Shown here: piece by piece, positions 8,106 to 19,524 of the stretch
How the letters are laid out: every line of letters begins with the position of its first letter
Numbering within the stretch: position 1 is the first letter of the stretch
Origin: a virus
Lineage: Duplodnaviria > Caudoviricetes
IMG/VR virus record: IMGVR_UViG_3300032892_000002
Span: 1 to 54,454 of that record
Strand: one strand, 5' to 3'
Length of the DNA stretch: 54,454 nucleotides
Notes under the pieces: model-generated
Told to the model about the DNA's origin: nothing
The model's database searches: none
What the model saw: the letters and a program-made list of their open reading frames with translations, nothing else
Translations under genes and position numbers: made by a program

Positions 8106-9565
8106 AGCGACACGCTTTGCAAGCCGCCGAGTTGCAGCGTGGTTGTTTCGGCTTGGCCTTGGGCGGGGAAGGTGAGGGTCCAGCCGGTGATGCGGAACAG
8201 CCCGGTGACGCCGGGGGCGCCGGTGACCGGCTGCGCGGGGTGCAGCGGTGAGGTGGCTGCGACAGCGATCTGGTCGCCGAGGGTGATGTCCCTGACTTTC
8301 GGGTAGGCGGTGGCGCCGAGGGTGAAGGTGGGGGCGATCTGGGCGAGGATCGCGGTGGCGGCGACGTACCCGTCGGCGTAGGTGTCGACTTGTGATTGCG
8401 CGGTGATGGTGTTCGGCAGCGATACGGAGTCTTCGAGCAGTGGGTAGCCTTCGCTGAGTTCGGCGGTGGCTTGGCCGTGTGGGAGCGCGGACACCCATGT
8501 GGTGGCGGTGGAGGTGGCGGCGGAGGAGCCGGTGACGAGGACCTGGTTGGCGACGGTGCCGCTGCCCGCACCGCGCTGCCACCCGTAGTCGATCATGTCG
8601 CGGCCGGGGAACACCAGCGACAGGCCGGTTGAAGCGTACGACCGGCCCATCGTCGGCAGCCCCACCTGCGCCTGGGTGGCGAGACCACCGGACGTCGTGA
8701 GAACCGGGGTCAGCGCGTACTCAAGCGAGTACGCGGATACCAGGTCGTTCCAGGCATCGTAGATTTTTTTCAGCGTCTGCTGTTCGGTGACCGACGCGAA
8801 CGTACCGCTGAGCGCGGTGGTGGGCAGCAGACCGGCGATCGCGCCGTACGGTTTGCCGGTGGCGTACGCCATCTCCTGGGTGAAGATCTGGAACACATCC
8901 ACCCCGTCGAAGATCAGGTTGTCGCTGATCTGCCGGTGTTTGAACATCTCTTCCATCGACGCGGCCTGGATCTGCGCCTGCCCGTCGGTGATGGTCTGAT
9001 TCGGCTGCCCGGCGACCGGCCCATTCCACACCGGTACACCGTCTTGCAGTACCCACAGCACGCTTTTCCACGGCTCGAGCGCTTCCATCCATTGCCGTAC
9101 CTGGTAGGCGGATTGGGCGGTGAACGCGAGCATCGTGATGGTGTCGCTGGCGGACAGGAACTGCCCGGTCAGCAGCGGAGGCGCGAAGTTGATGTTTGTG
9201 TAGCCGAACGCCGACGCCCCCACCGACGTTGCCGTGTACACGGTCCCCCCGGCCGCGGCGCCGGAGGTGATCTGGAACAGCTGCCCGGGGGTGATCAGCG
9301 CGGCGTCGGAGTTGGTGACGATGAAATATGACGATGTGACGGGTGTGCCCTGGTTGAGGATGGTGAACCCGCCGTAGGTCATTTGGTAGGCGGTGGGCAG
9401 GGCGATGGACCCGGTGAACGACCCGACTGAGTTGATCTGCCGGGTGCAGGATTGGCCGACGATCGGCAGCGTGTCCGCGAGCACCGCGCCGGTCAGCAGG
9501 TTGGTGCTGAGGAACCGGTAAGTGCTGGCCGCAGGGGTGCTGGGAGCATCTGGGGGGGTGCCCAT
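8102..9565 (-). CDS. Minor tail protein (baseplate hub-like)
   Basis: Position after the Dit-like gene; YRFLSTNLLTG..LP, VWNGPV, YPLLE and LFRITGWTL pattern. Confidence 0.75.
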   Translation of the reverse strand: MGTPPDAPSTPAASTYRFLSTNLLTGAVLADTLPIVGQSCTRQINSVGSFTGSIALPTAYQMTYGGFTILNQGTPVTSSYFIVTNSDAALITPGQLFQITSGAAAGGTVYTATSVGASAFGYTNINFAPPLLTGQFLSASDTITMLAFTAQSAYQVRQWMEALEPWKSVLWVLQDGVPVWNGPVAGQPNQTITDGQAQIQAASMEEMFKHRQISDNLIFDGVDVFQIFTQEMAYATGKPYGAIAGLLPTTALSGTFASVTEQQTLKKIYDAWNDLVSAYSLEYALTPVLTTSGGLATQAQVGLPTMGRSYASTGLSLVFPGRDMIDYGWQRGAGSGTVANQVLVTGSSAATSTATTWVSALPHGQATAELSEGYPLLEDSVSLPNTITAQSQVDTYADGYVAATAILAQIAPTFTLGATAYPKVRDITLGDQIAVAATSPLHPAQPVTGAPGVTGLFRITGWTLTFPAQGQAETTTLQLGGLQSVSL

Positions 9566-9566
9566 G

Positions 9567-10613
9567 TCAGAGGGTGACGGGTTTGACCCGCAGAACGATG
9601 GGTTCGTACGACGCGGCGGGCATGGTCATCGTGACACCACCGCCGGCGACGGTTCCCCGGAACGTGATGCTGTGCGCACCAGCGGATGGGGTAGTGCCTT
9701 GCGCGGACGAGGTGAAGTACGAAAACGATCCGCCGCCCTGGAACGTGCCGCCATTGGTGGGGACCCCGTACACGGCGTCGAGCTGGGCGCCGTCGATGAA
9801 CACGCCGAGGATCGCGACACCGTTGCCGCCGGACGAGGTGATCGCGGTCCATTTGGCGTAGATTTCGATGTCCGTTGACCCGTCGGTGGTGATGGACGCG
9901 GTGGCGATCGTCACGGTCGCGCCGGTGCTCGGCAACGTGGGCCCCACGGTGACGACGGAGATGACAGGGGTGAACGGCAGGACGTGTGCCTGCACCACCC
10001 CTCCGCCGGCGTTTTGCCGCAGGCTGTCGGTGGTGTAGTCGTGGATGTACATGCCCGCGTACCCGGCCGGTGCGGACGCGGCAGCGACCGGGTAGATCCC
10101 ACCGGCGGCGGTGGTGAACAGCCTGCGGTCGGAAATGTTCCCGGCGACGATCGACGACACCCCAGCGGCGACAGCGATCTGCGCAAGCAGGATCGCGTTC
10201 GACGGCGTGGCCGGGGCCGACGGAGACGGGGCGGCGGTGCCGGTGATGATGGACACCGCGCCGGTCGGCGGTGACGTGGCGAGGATCTGCACCACCACAA
10301 TGTCGATACGCGGGTTCGTCGGGTCCGACGCTGCGACGGTGAGGGTCTGGCTGGCGCTGTTCTGCACCCGGTACGCCCCGTCCGTCGCCCCCGACGCGCT
10401 GGGGATCACAGCGGCGCCTTTAGCGACGGTGATGTTCATCCCCGACGACGCGGCGACCACCAACGGTGTCGCTTCGTTGACCATCACGCCGCCGCGTGTG
10501 TCACCGGCGTAGGTCATGGCGGACACGTCGTGGAGGCGGCCACCGGCGTCGGTGAGGACGTTGGTACCGGCGACCCACCACGGGTAGCCGGTGAGGGTCA
10601 CGCTAAGCGGCAT
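9567..10613 (-). CDS. Minor tail protein
   Basis: SDPTNPRIDIVVV...GTAAPSPSAPATP..AILLAQIAV..ISDRR motif common in actinophage minor tails. Confidence 0.75.
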   Translation of the reverse strand: MPLSVTLTGYPWWVAGTNVLTDAGGRLHDVSAMTYAGDTRGGVMVNEATPLVVAASSGMNITVAKGAAVIPSASGATDGAYRVQNSASQTLTVAASDPTNPRIDIVVVQILATSPPTGAVSIITGTAAPSPSAPATPSNAILLAQIAVAAGVSSIVAGNISDRRLFTTAAGGIYPVAAASAPAGYAGMYIHDYTTDSLRQNAGGGVVQAHVLPFTPVISVVTVGPTLPSTGATVTIATASITTDGSTDIEIYAKWTAITSSGGNGVAILGVFIDGAQLDAVYGVPTNGGTFQGGGSFSYFTSSAQGTTPSAGAHSITFRGTVAGGGVTMTMPAASYEPIVLRVKPVTL

Positions 10614-10628
10614 ACCTGTGCCTTCCTG

Positions 10629-11573
10629 TCATAGATATGCGCTGCGGTAGGCGCAGACCATCTGCAGCCCAGCGCCGGCGACTTCGAGGGTGCTGTACCC
10701 GGGCCAGATGACCCACCACGAGGAGGTGATGTCAGCGGGCCGGTACGCGCCGTTGTAGTACCCGGCGCGCTGGTCGAAGTCGGCGTACAGCACATCCCCC
10801 GGCTGCAACGTCAGCGACGTCCACGACACCAGCTGCCCGGTGGTGGCGTTCAGCAGCCCAGGTGACGCGACCGCCCCGCCTGAGACGTTGGTGACGGTGA
10901 TTTGCGGCCGGGTTTCGAAGGTGCCCGAGTTGTACGCCATTATCGACCCGGGCGACGATCCGGCGGGGATGGTCGCGGGGATCGTCGCGGGGATGGTGAG
11001 CCCGAGACCACCGACGGCGGTGGTGGTCTGCGATTGCAGCATGGCGGAGTATTTACGCGGATCCGGTGCGATCAGCACACAGGTGAACGTGACGTCGTAC
11101 AGCGTGGGGTAGGTTTCGGTGAGTTTCCCCGACCGGCGGACCTGCGCCTGGGTGGCGACGGGTTCGTTGTACACCATTGTGGCGAGGTCGTTGACGGGGA
11201 TCACTTGCTGCAACTGGGCGCGGGCGACGTCGCGGAGCGCCTGGGTGGGCGCGGAGGCGGTGATGCTGACGGTGATAGCTCGGGGTGCGTAGTATTGCGC
11301 GGCGGGCCAGCCGCCGTGGTCGGCGGCGCGTTGCAGCACCTGCCCGGACACGTCGGGGCCGTCCCAGCCTTGGATGCTGTTCCAGATCCACGCGATGCCG
11401 TTGCTGTCAGGTCCGGTGCCGACCGACACTGTGACCGGGATGCCGGACCATGTGGGGGTGTAGGTGAACGATCCGGTCCAGTAGCCGATGTCCGGTGACG
11501 ACGGTGTGAGCGATGACGGCGACACAGCGGCCTCGTAGGTGGACGTGTACAGAAGGGTGTAGGCCCCGGCCAT
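10629..11573 (-). CDS. Distal tail (Dit)-like protein
   Basis: IQGWDGPD, YYAPRAIT, LIAPDPRKY, NSGTFETRP, WWVIWPG...YRSAY; close to the tape measure gene. Confidence 0.8.
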   Translation of the reverse strand: MAGAYTLLYTSTYEAAVSPSSLTPSSPDIGYWTGSFTYTPTWSGIPVTVSVGTGPDSNGIAWIWNSIQGWDGPDVSGQVLQRAADHGGWPAAQYYAPRAITVSITASAPTQALRDVARAQLQQVIPVNDLATMVYNEPVATQAQVRRSGKLTETYPTLYDVTFTCVLIAPDPRKYSAMLQSQTTTAVGGLGLTIPATIPATIPAGSSPGSIMAYNSGTFETRPQITVTNVSGGAVASPGLLNATTGQLVSWTSLTLQPGDVLYADFDQRAGYYNGAYRPADITSSWWVIWPGYSTLEVAGAGLQMVCAYRSAYL

Positions 11574-12763
11574 CAGGCGCTGTCAGCGACGAGGGTGATC
11601 GCGGACGGGGAGGTGATCGACCCGGTGCGGGTGGCCAGCGCCCGGTAATTCGTGATCGTGCCGTTGGTCCCTGCGGTGACACCGTGGAGCAGCGTGTTGG
11701 ACACGGCGACGTAGGTGACGCCGGTGCCGACACTCATCCCGTACTGGGGGGAGTCGTTGCCGGTGCTGTCGTCGTTGACGCCGGGGTACACCGCGCAGCC
11801 GTCGACGATGACCGGGTTGGTGACGTTGCTGGCGATGGTGATGCCTGCGTATCCGCCGGAGACGGATCCGGCGCCGTCGCGGTGGCACACCATCCCGGTG
11901 ATGACGATCGGGTCGTTCGACGTGGCGGTGATCAGCACCCCGTGCTGGGTGGACCTGTCGGTGGAGCAGCCGGTCATCCGGATCCCCAGCCCGGCGTTGC
12001 CGTCGATCTGCCAGCCGAAATTACCGGACCATTCGGCGCGGCAGCCGAGGAATGTGCAGTTCCCGTTGCCGTACACGTACCAGCCTTGCCCGGCTGCGGC
12101 GAGGGTGTAGCAGTCCGTCCAGGTGGAGTCGACCATGTTCGCGACGTTGAACGCGGCGCCGTTGCCGGTGTGGTCGACGGTGACGCGGCGCATCCGCCAC
12201 GACCCTGGTGTGCCGCTGTGGGTGCCGTTCCCGACGCTGAACCCGCCCCTCGGCGCGTACCGGATCATCACGTCGTGGATGTATCCGTTGACCGCTGTGT
12301 CGGTCATCGCGATCCCGTCGATCGCCGCCGCCGGGGACAACGCGGAACAGTCGAGAGTGAAACCGGACAGTTCCTGTTCCTGCCCGGCAGCGAGACCGAT
12401 GACCTGCGATCCGGTGAACGACGCGGACGGTGTGATGACGGGGCCACCTGTGGTGCCGTTCGCGGTCCGGCCGTGTTCACCCGCGAACGTCACCCCCGTC
12501 GGCACCGACAAAGGGAGCGACGTCGTGTAAACACCGGTGGGCAGCCACACCGTCGACCCGGGGGTCGCAGCGTTCAGCGCAGCCTGGATCGGGGTGGTCG
12601 AATCCGCTATGCCGGTGCGGTCAGCGCCGCCGCTGTAGGCGGTGCTGAGAACGTTGTACCGGATGACGCTGTTGCCGGTGAGAACGTCGGCGATGTTGTT
12701 GACATCACCTGGCGGGTCGGGGGTGCCGACCGCGCGGGTATCAGGGGGAATCGTGTACGGCAT
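11573..12763 (-). CDS. Beta-helix tailspike/depolymerase-like protein
   Basis: YNVLS..GADRTGIADSTTPIQAALNAA..TVWLPTGVY (pectate lyase 3-type start) followed by beta-helix repeats. Confidence 0.75.
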   Translation of the reverse strand: MPYTIPPDTRAVGTPDPPGDVNNIADVLTGNSVIRYNVLSTAYSGGADRTGIADSTTPIQAALNAATPGSTVWLPTGVYTTSLPLSVPTGVTFAGEHGRTANGTTGGPVITPSASFTGSQVIGLAAGQEQELSGFTLDCSALSPAAAIDGIAMTDTAVNGYIHDVMIRYAPRGGFSVGNGTHSGTPGSWRMRRVTVDHTGNGAAFNVANMVDSTWTDCYTLAAAGQGWYVYGNGNCTFLGCRAEWSGNFGWQIDGNAGLGIRMTGCSTDRSTQHGVLITATSNDPIVITGMVCHRDGAGSVSGGYAGITIASNVTNPVIVDGCAVYPGVNDDSTGNDSPQYGMSVGTGVTYVAVSNTLLHGVTAGTNGTITNYRALATRTGSITSPSAITLVADSA

Positions 12764-12793
12764 CGGTGATCACACCCCGATCGGCTGTGGGCC

Positions 12794-15700
12794 CTATTGC
12801 GCGGTCCCGACCGCCAGCGCCAGCTCAAGCCGCATCTGCGACTTCTGCTCCGGAGTCGGATACGCCGGGCCGTAAAAGTTCTGCGTGATCGCCCCCCCGG
12901 TTTTCCGGCCTATGGCGTCGGCGATCGCCTCACCCAGCTTCGTGTACTCCCCAGCCGGGACCATCAGCTCCGGTGATGCGGTCATGTTCACCGCCGCGTC
13001 GCCGGGCATCAGCATCCCACCGTCGTCGGCTTTCGGCAGCTTCGACTTGGGCACCTTGAACCACTTCGCTGCTTCCTGCGCCAGGACCTGCCCCTCATGC
13101 TTGAACACCGCATCCAGTTGCGCCTGCTGCGCCTTCAGCCCGGCTAGGAAACTCGCACCCGTCCCCGACAGCCCGTACACCGCGTTCGCAGCCGTCTGAC
13201 CGACCAGCGTTTCTGCAGCCGAAATCTGCGTCTCCGTCGACGACAACGCCTTAATCAGCGAAGGGCCGCCGGCGAGGATCTCGTTCGCGTACTGCAGCCC
13301 CTGATCCGGGCCGAGCGCCACGATCTGCTGAATCAGACCCGTGTTCACCTTCGACGTCTGCAACCTCCGCAGCACCGCCGCGAACGCTTTCAGATTCGTC
13401 AGCTTCTGCGACATCTGGTACTGCAGATACTGCGGCCCTGTCATGAACTTCGTACCGCGCGCTGTCCCCACATACGCCGACCCGAGCGCGGCGGTCGAAA
13501 TGTCCGCATACCCGGCCAGGTTGCCCGTAGTGGTCGATGCGTAGGACTGCGCTGCGGCCATTTTGTTGTCGACGGCGGTGATTTTCGCCAGCGTGCCTTC
13601 CATGGCTTTGACCTGGCGGGTGACCATCGCGTCCCGCCACTTCGCCGACGCGCCTTTGTAGTTTTCGTTGACGATGCTGACGAAATCTTTCAGCATCTGC
13701 GCCAGCCCAGCGGGGCTTTCGATCCCTGCCGGGGACGCGAACGTGGCAGCGAGCCACGCACCCTGGGATTCTTCGTGCGCGAGCGCGGCGCGGGATGCTG
13801 CGCGGGCGGCGGCCCGCTGCCGTGGCGTCGCAGCCGCGTGATGAGCCGCCGGATGCCGGGCGGGGGGTGTCCGGTCCCGCCACCGCCACTTGCCATCAGA
13901 CGACCGGCGGCACACCAGATTCCCATGAACCCGGTTATGCTCGGACCGGGAGCAGAACTCACCACCCCGAGGCGTCCCCGCCGCGTAACCCGCCTCAACT
14001 CCCGCCATCGCCGACGTCGCAGCGTCCATCACCTGCTCACCGCCGAGCATATGCACCAACTCGGGACCTTCTTCACCGACAACCGCCCACCCCGGCGCCG
14101 CCCCCCCGACACCGTGCTGATACCAGTGGTACGCCATCTCATGAGCCTCAGCAGCATCAGGCGAACCGTACGTGCTGTTCCCGGTTAGGAACACCTGACG
14201 TCCCTGCCGAGCCGTCCACGTACCTAGTCCAGTGGTGGGGCACCAGACCCGTGCGGTTCCAGCGTCCTCACGTCTGATGGCCTTACCGCCTATGAACGGT
14301 TTGGTTTCCGCGATGTTCGCACCGGAACGCCGCGTGACCGGGTTCCTGGTCCACTGGTGAAACGCTGGCCGTTTGCCGCTGAGGTATATCATCACGGCGA
14401 TAGCGTCCTGCTGCGGCCCGTCGGCCTGCGCGTAGCTGATCTTCCCGGGATAGGGACCTTTCCCGCAGATAAAGCCGGGGCGTGCCTGGTGACCGTCGGC
14501 GCCGAAAACGCCGCGCATGAACGCGTCACGTTGCGACGGTGAAATGGACAGCACGAACGGCACCGGATCGCTGTGATCGTAGCCGCTGCGCTTGAGCAAC
14601 TCGGCAGAATACGGGCGGCTCAGATGCCAGTAGATCATCGGAGCCCCTGGCTGCCCGTCCGGCGTTTTGCCGCCGGTGCGGGTAGTGCGGTTGACGACCA
14701 TTTCGGCGGTGAGATCGTCGATCCGCTGCACGTGATCTGGTTTGCTTGTGGACTGGCACAGGTTGATTTGCACCGATTTGCAGCCTCGGGCGGTGCGCCA
14801 GTGCTTGCTGTCAGGGGTGCGTGACTTCAGGTACTGTACGTGCCCGTCGCCGAGGATCCAGCCGAGCAGTTCCGCCTCGATCTCGCTGATCGCGGGGCCG
14901 TCGCCTGTGCTGGCAGGTGCTGCTAGCCGGACCGAGTCATGCGCTGTGGTGATCTTATCCGCTTGGACAAGTTCGTCTGTCCGGCAGGACGGGCTGTATC
15001 CGCTCAGGCGGGTGCCGTGGCCGTCGCTGCGGCGCCCGTCGATCTGGTGCAGCCGGGAGACAGCCCAGCGGTGGTTCGGTGTGCATGTCACGTCCCACGT
15101 TTTGTTCCGTAGCCTGATCAGCGGAGCGTCGTCGTAGACGTGAACGTCGGTGATGGGCGTCCATTCGCTTTGCCTGGTTTTAGGGTTGTATCCGATCGTT
15201 TCATCACCTGGGACGACGCGATCGCAGGTTTTCCAGCCTTCCCGCGTGAGAATCTGCGTATCCGTATCCATACAGGCGATATAGGACATCATCCATCTGA
15301 GCTGTGTCTGCGGGTTGGTCCGCCAGTCCGCGCCTGCTGACGCCATCTTCGACGCCGGCAGGGCTTGGGGGATTCCGTACGCCCCCGATGAAGGGTTCAT
15401 CGCGCTGGGGTTCCAGCCCGACTCTGCCATGACCAGGGCGTTGAATGCGTCCCATTGGCCGGACCAGCCCATTGCGGCGAGCAGCGCCCGGGCCATCTGC
15501 TGGATCGGGCCGTTCGGCACCGAACCGGGGATGCCGCCCATGGCCTGCGCCTGCTGCTGCGCCGTTTTGGCGGCCTGGTAGACGGCGTTTTCCAGCCCGG
15601 AGATCATGTCGGCGGATTCGGCGTTCAGATTGCTGATCGACCAGTTCGCCAGTCCCCTGACACCGCTGGGGCCGCTGCCGGAGTAGTCGGGCACGATCCC

Positions 15701-18700
15701 GCCACCCTGGAACCCGGGGATGCCGAGGGCTTTGAAAATGTGCGCCAGCAGCGACGTGTGTTCTTTCGGGACGACCGTCTCGCCGGGTTCGGCGAGCAGC
15801 GGCACGACATCGCCGCCGCCCCAGCCGGGGATCCGGCCGCCTTTCGCCATCCCGGCCCGCGCCGCTGTTCCGGGTGCCAGCCCGGACGGGCCGGTGAACT
15901 TCTGCGCGATCGACCAGCTGCCGGTGGCCGACATCTGCAGCTTGGTGAAATAGTCGGGCCGGATTTTGCTTTCCGATTTGGCGAACGCATCCACCGCGCC
16001 GGTCAGGTTGTTCACCCATGTGTTGGCTGTCTGCGCGTCGATGCCAGCTTTTTCGAGATCCTTCAGCAGGTGGGTGCGGGCGCCTGCGGTCTGGCTGGAC
16101 TTGTCCCCGGTTTTCTGCACCGCACCGGCGAGCTTGTCTATATCCCCCGACGCGGACGGAACTGTATTCAGGATCGTCTGGGCATCGTCGTTGAACTTTT
16201 TCCGCGCCGCGTCCGTGCCGGTAAGCGTGCTGCCGTATTTGGTGACGTTGCCGGTCAGCGTGGTGATCCCGGCGGCGCCCTGCGCGACCAGGCTGTTCGC
16301 ATCGTTCTGCGCCTTGTTGACCGCCTGCAGTGCACTTTGGGTGGCCTGAGCGTTGGGCCCGTACTGCTTCAGGTCCTGCAGATATGTGAGGGTTTTCGCG
16401 GACACCCCAGTCAGCTGCTCGGCCTGGCTCACCAGCGTCTGGTTCAGCGTCGACTGGATCACCTGGGCCAGGTTCTGCGCATCCACCCCCAGGTTGGCCA
16501 GGGCTTTGCCTGCCTGCCCGGTCAGCTTATCCAGTGTCCCCATTGGGTTGGCGACCTTACCTGCCCACAGGGACAGGTTCCGCAGCGCGTCGGGGCCTTT
16601 GTAGTCTGCTTCCTGCGCGAGCGCGTAAATCTGGTCCCGCGCCTCACTGCTTTTACCGGCCAGCGGGATCAGTGCCACCACCGACGCCTGGATCGCTTTG
16701 ACCAGCGGGCCGCCGTCGCCGGTGACCAGCGCCGCTGTGCGCAGCGAATCCAGCATCGGCTCGATTGAGCTGACGACCGAGTTGAAATCGGTCCGCAGCT
16801 GGATCGCGGCGGTCGTCATGTGCTTGGCCACCGGCTCGGCCTTGGTTCCGAGGCCGCTCAGCGACGCGCCCGCCGCTCCGGCGTCAGCGGAGAACTGCAC
16901 CATGTTGCGGGCGAATGTCAGAAACGACGTGCTCGGCGCCTGCACCGTCTGGATGAACGTGTCCCACGCCTGGTTCAGCTGCGACACTTTGCTGCTCTGC
17001 AGTTCGGTGGCGACGGTGACTGCCTGCTCGTCGGCGCCGAGCGTCCCCATGACAGCTTTCAGGCCACCGTAACCGGCGGCCAGGTTCTGCACCTGCTGCC
17101 ACATTTCTCTGAACGACTCACCGACCCGCAGGTTCGCCAGGTTCGCGACCGCCAGCGCCTCCGGGTAGCTCACCCCGTACGTCTGGGACAGCTTCCCGAT
17201 CAGCCGCCCCGCCGTCGCTACGTCCCCTTCCTGCTGCTGCGCGCTGGCATGGTAGGCGTCGGCCTGGGTTTTGAACATTTCCGCGTTCTGCCGCATCGTG
17301 AACGCGAACTGCGAGTTTTTCTGCCACGTCTGCGCGGCGACGTTGCTGTAATGCTGCGCCGACGCCGCCGCCTTGTCCTGCTGCTGGGTCAGCAACGTAA
17401 CGTTACTGATCGCCTGGTCGAGGCCGGTGCTGAAGTTCACGTTGGACAGCGCCTGCTGCATCTCGGCGCCCATCTGCCCGGCCGCCTGCTTGCCCTGGCG
17501 CATCAGCTGGATGATGCCGATCAGCGCGCCGCCGACAAGCCCGGCACCGACCAGCGTGGCCGGGTCGGCGATGCCTAGCAGCGCCGCTTTGAACCCTTCG
17601 ATCCCGGCGCGGCCCGCTGCCGCGTTTTTCACCGCCGTCTGCACGGCGCTGCCCCACGCGCCGATCGCGGTGGTTTCGGGCATCAGGTCGGCGAGGCGGC
17701 TGATCGGCCCGAGCAGCCCCGTCAGCGCCGTGGTCGCGAGACCGCCCCAGCGGTTGAACCCTTCGATGGCGAGCCCCGCTTCGACGAACCATCTGCCGAC
17801 CGGGTTCTGGGTGATGCTTGTGACAACGGCAAGAAGGTGGCTGAACCCGTCGAACACGTCGAGGATGACGTTCGCGATCCCCGGCATGGCGCGCAGCAGG
17901 TTGGAGAACGCGACACCGAGGTTGCCGAGGATCTGCCCGAACTTGGTGAGATCGGGAATGCCTTCCTGCTGGATGACATTGATGAACCCGCCCGCACCGG
18001 ATTTTACCCACAGGTCGATTTTCGCGGCCCACTGGTCGAACACGGTGGTGGTGCCGATCGCCAGGGTGCGGAACACGCCCATCGAGTTGCCGACCGCGTT
18101 CAGCGCGCCGCCGTAGATTTCCAGCACCCCAGGTGCGACAGCCTGCGCGACTTTGTCGAACGCGACGTCAACGGCGGTGAGGTCCTGTTTGGTGGCGTTG
18201 GTGACGGTGCTAAGGGCGATGAAATGGGTGAGGATGTCCTCGATCGCCGGTGTCGCGGCGGCGGCGGCGGCGGCGGCGGCGGCACCGAGGGCGATCATCG
18301 CGGGGACGGCGACGGCGCTGAACTCGAACGCGGCAGCGGTCAGCAGATGCCACACGGGGGTGGCCGCGCCGAGCGCACCGCCGAACAGTGACACCCGCGT
18401 GGTGAGGAAACCGAACGCCCCGCCCGCTCCCTGGGCGGCGATCCACAGGCTGCTGGTGCCCGCCGCCGCGTCACGGGTGGCCGTGGCGGCGGTTTCAGCT
18501 TCCGCCGCCAGCGCCCTGGTCGCGATGGTCGCCGACGCGATGGCGCCTGAATCGACGTCGAATTTCAGCCCGACCCGCTGCCCCGGTTTCGACGCGGCGA
18601 GCGCCGCGTCGATCGCCGCGTCGGCTCTGGCGACGCTGGCCATGTCCGGGGATACGTCAAGTTTTATCTTGGCGTCCGGAAGGTCCTTCAGTTTGGCGGC

Positions 18701-18791
18701 GATCTCAGCCAGGTCGCGGTCGAGTACGTCCTGATCAGCGCGGACTTCGACGTAAATACGCCGAAGCGATCCGGAAACCTTCCGGCGGCAT
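12794..18791 (-). CDS. Tape measure protein with lytic transglycosylase domain and intein; 5' end needs a +4-nt hop at a TTA codon
   Basis: Long Ala/Gly-rich helical protein after the tail chaperones; SLT motif (AESGWNPSAMNPSSGAYGIPQAL). ATG 18791 with SD GGGGGTGG reads MPPEGFRIASAY, then changes frame at TTA 18755-18753 into VEVRADQ. Confidence 0.9.
14177..15274 (-). mobile_element. Intein (366 aa) with LAGLIDADG homing endonuclease
   Basis: Starts CMDTDTQILTREGWK, block B TCTPNHRW, LLGWILGDG and FMRGVFGADG motifs, ends VWCPTTGLGTWTARQGRQVFLTGN with +1 Ser; removal rejoins WMMSYIA|STYGSP. Confidence 0.93.
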
Positions 18792-18817
18792 CGGCGGACC
18801 ACCCCCGATCGGCGGAC

Positions 18818-19216
18818 CTACGCCTGCGTGCTTGCGGGGACCCTGCTGACCGTTCCGTACATGCCGACACCGGGCGCCGGGGCGATCAGCCGTTCCAGCT
18901 CATCGGTGGTGACTACGGGCTGCTGCTGCGCCAGCCGGTGATACCGCAACGGATCATCCTCCGCCGGTGGCGGGTAAGAAGGACCTTCGCCGTCTTCCCG
19001 TTCCTGCTCGGCCATCTCGGCTTTCAGCCGCATCTGCACCGCACCCTGATACGACGGCAGCAGCAGCGCCATCCGCACAAACACGGCAGCGTCCAGCGCG
19101 GAAACATCGCCAACCCGGTGGAACGTGGAAAAATCGGAGACAACCTCGTCTAGCGCTTGCGAGATCCACCGGGTTTGCGCGTACCATTCTGCCCACTGCT
19201 CACGCCAGTTTTTGGG
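18818..19216 (-). CDS. Tail assembly chaperone, -1 frameshift extension (gpT-like)
   Basis: The -1 frame is open from the slippery site (PKNWREQWAEWY...) to the stop at 18818. Confidence 0.75.
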   Translation of the reverse strand, partial: PKNWREQWAEWYAQTRWISQALDEVVSDFSTFHRVGDVSALDAAVFVRMALLLPSYQGAVQMRLKAEMAEQEREDGEGPSYPPPAEDDPLRYHRLAQQQPVVTTDELERLIAPAPGVGMYGTVSRVPASTQA

Positions 19217-19524
19217 ACCAGTTTGTCCGGGTCGCCGCCGAGCCCATGTTTCAGGACCACATCCATCAACTGCGCCAGCTGTTCTTTGCTGATGTCCTCA
19301 CAGTCGAGCGCCGCCTGCCACGTTTCCTCACCGAGCACTGTCACCATGACATGCTTGACGGCGACGTCGACACCCCGTTCGGCGACGATGGCCATGTACT
19401 GCAGCGGCAGGTTCCCCGGCGGGTGCGCGAGCATCGTGTACATGTCGGCGCCGATGGAGAAAATGTCGACCCGTTCCTCGGCTGCCGCCTTGTCCCGGGG
19501 CACGATTTTGATGATGTCTGGCAC
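19150..19524 (-). CDS. Tail assembly chaperone (gpG-like)
   Basis: SD AGGTGG before GTG 19524; ERVDIFSIGADMYTM..VLGEETWQAAL; directly upstream of the tape measure gene. Confidence 0.8.
   Translation of the reverse strand: MPDIIKIVPRDKAAAEERVDIFSIGADMYTMLAHPPGNLPLQYMAIVAERGVDVAVKHVMVTVLGEETWQAALDCEDISKEQLAQLMDVVLKHGLGGDPDKLVPKTGVSSGQNGTRKPGGSRKR
19210..19216 (-). other. Programmed -1 frameshift slippery heptamer C CCA AAA
   Basis: X XXY YYZ heptamer in frame near the end of the chaperone; the -1 frame matches the 18818..19084 ORF. Confidence 0.75.

Noticed and set aside
18759-18802. ORF-track tape measure N-terminus MVRRCRRKVSGSLRRI
   Set aside because: The GTG lies within the SD and the peptide is atypical; the alternative frame gives a canonical N-terminus. 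It cannot be fully excluded without proteomics.
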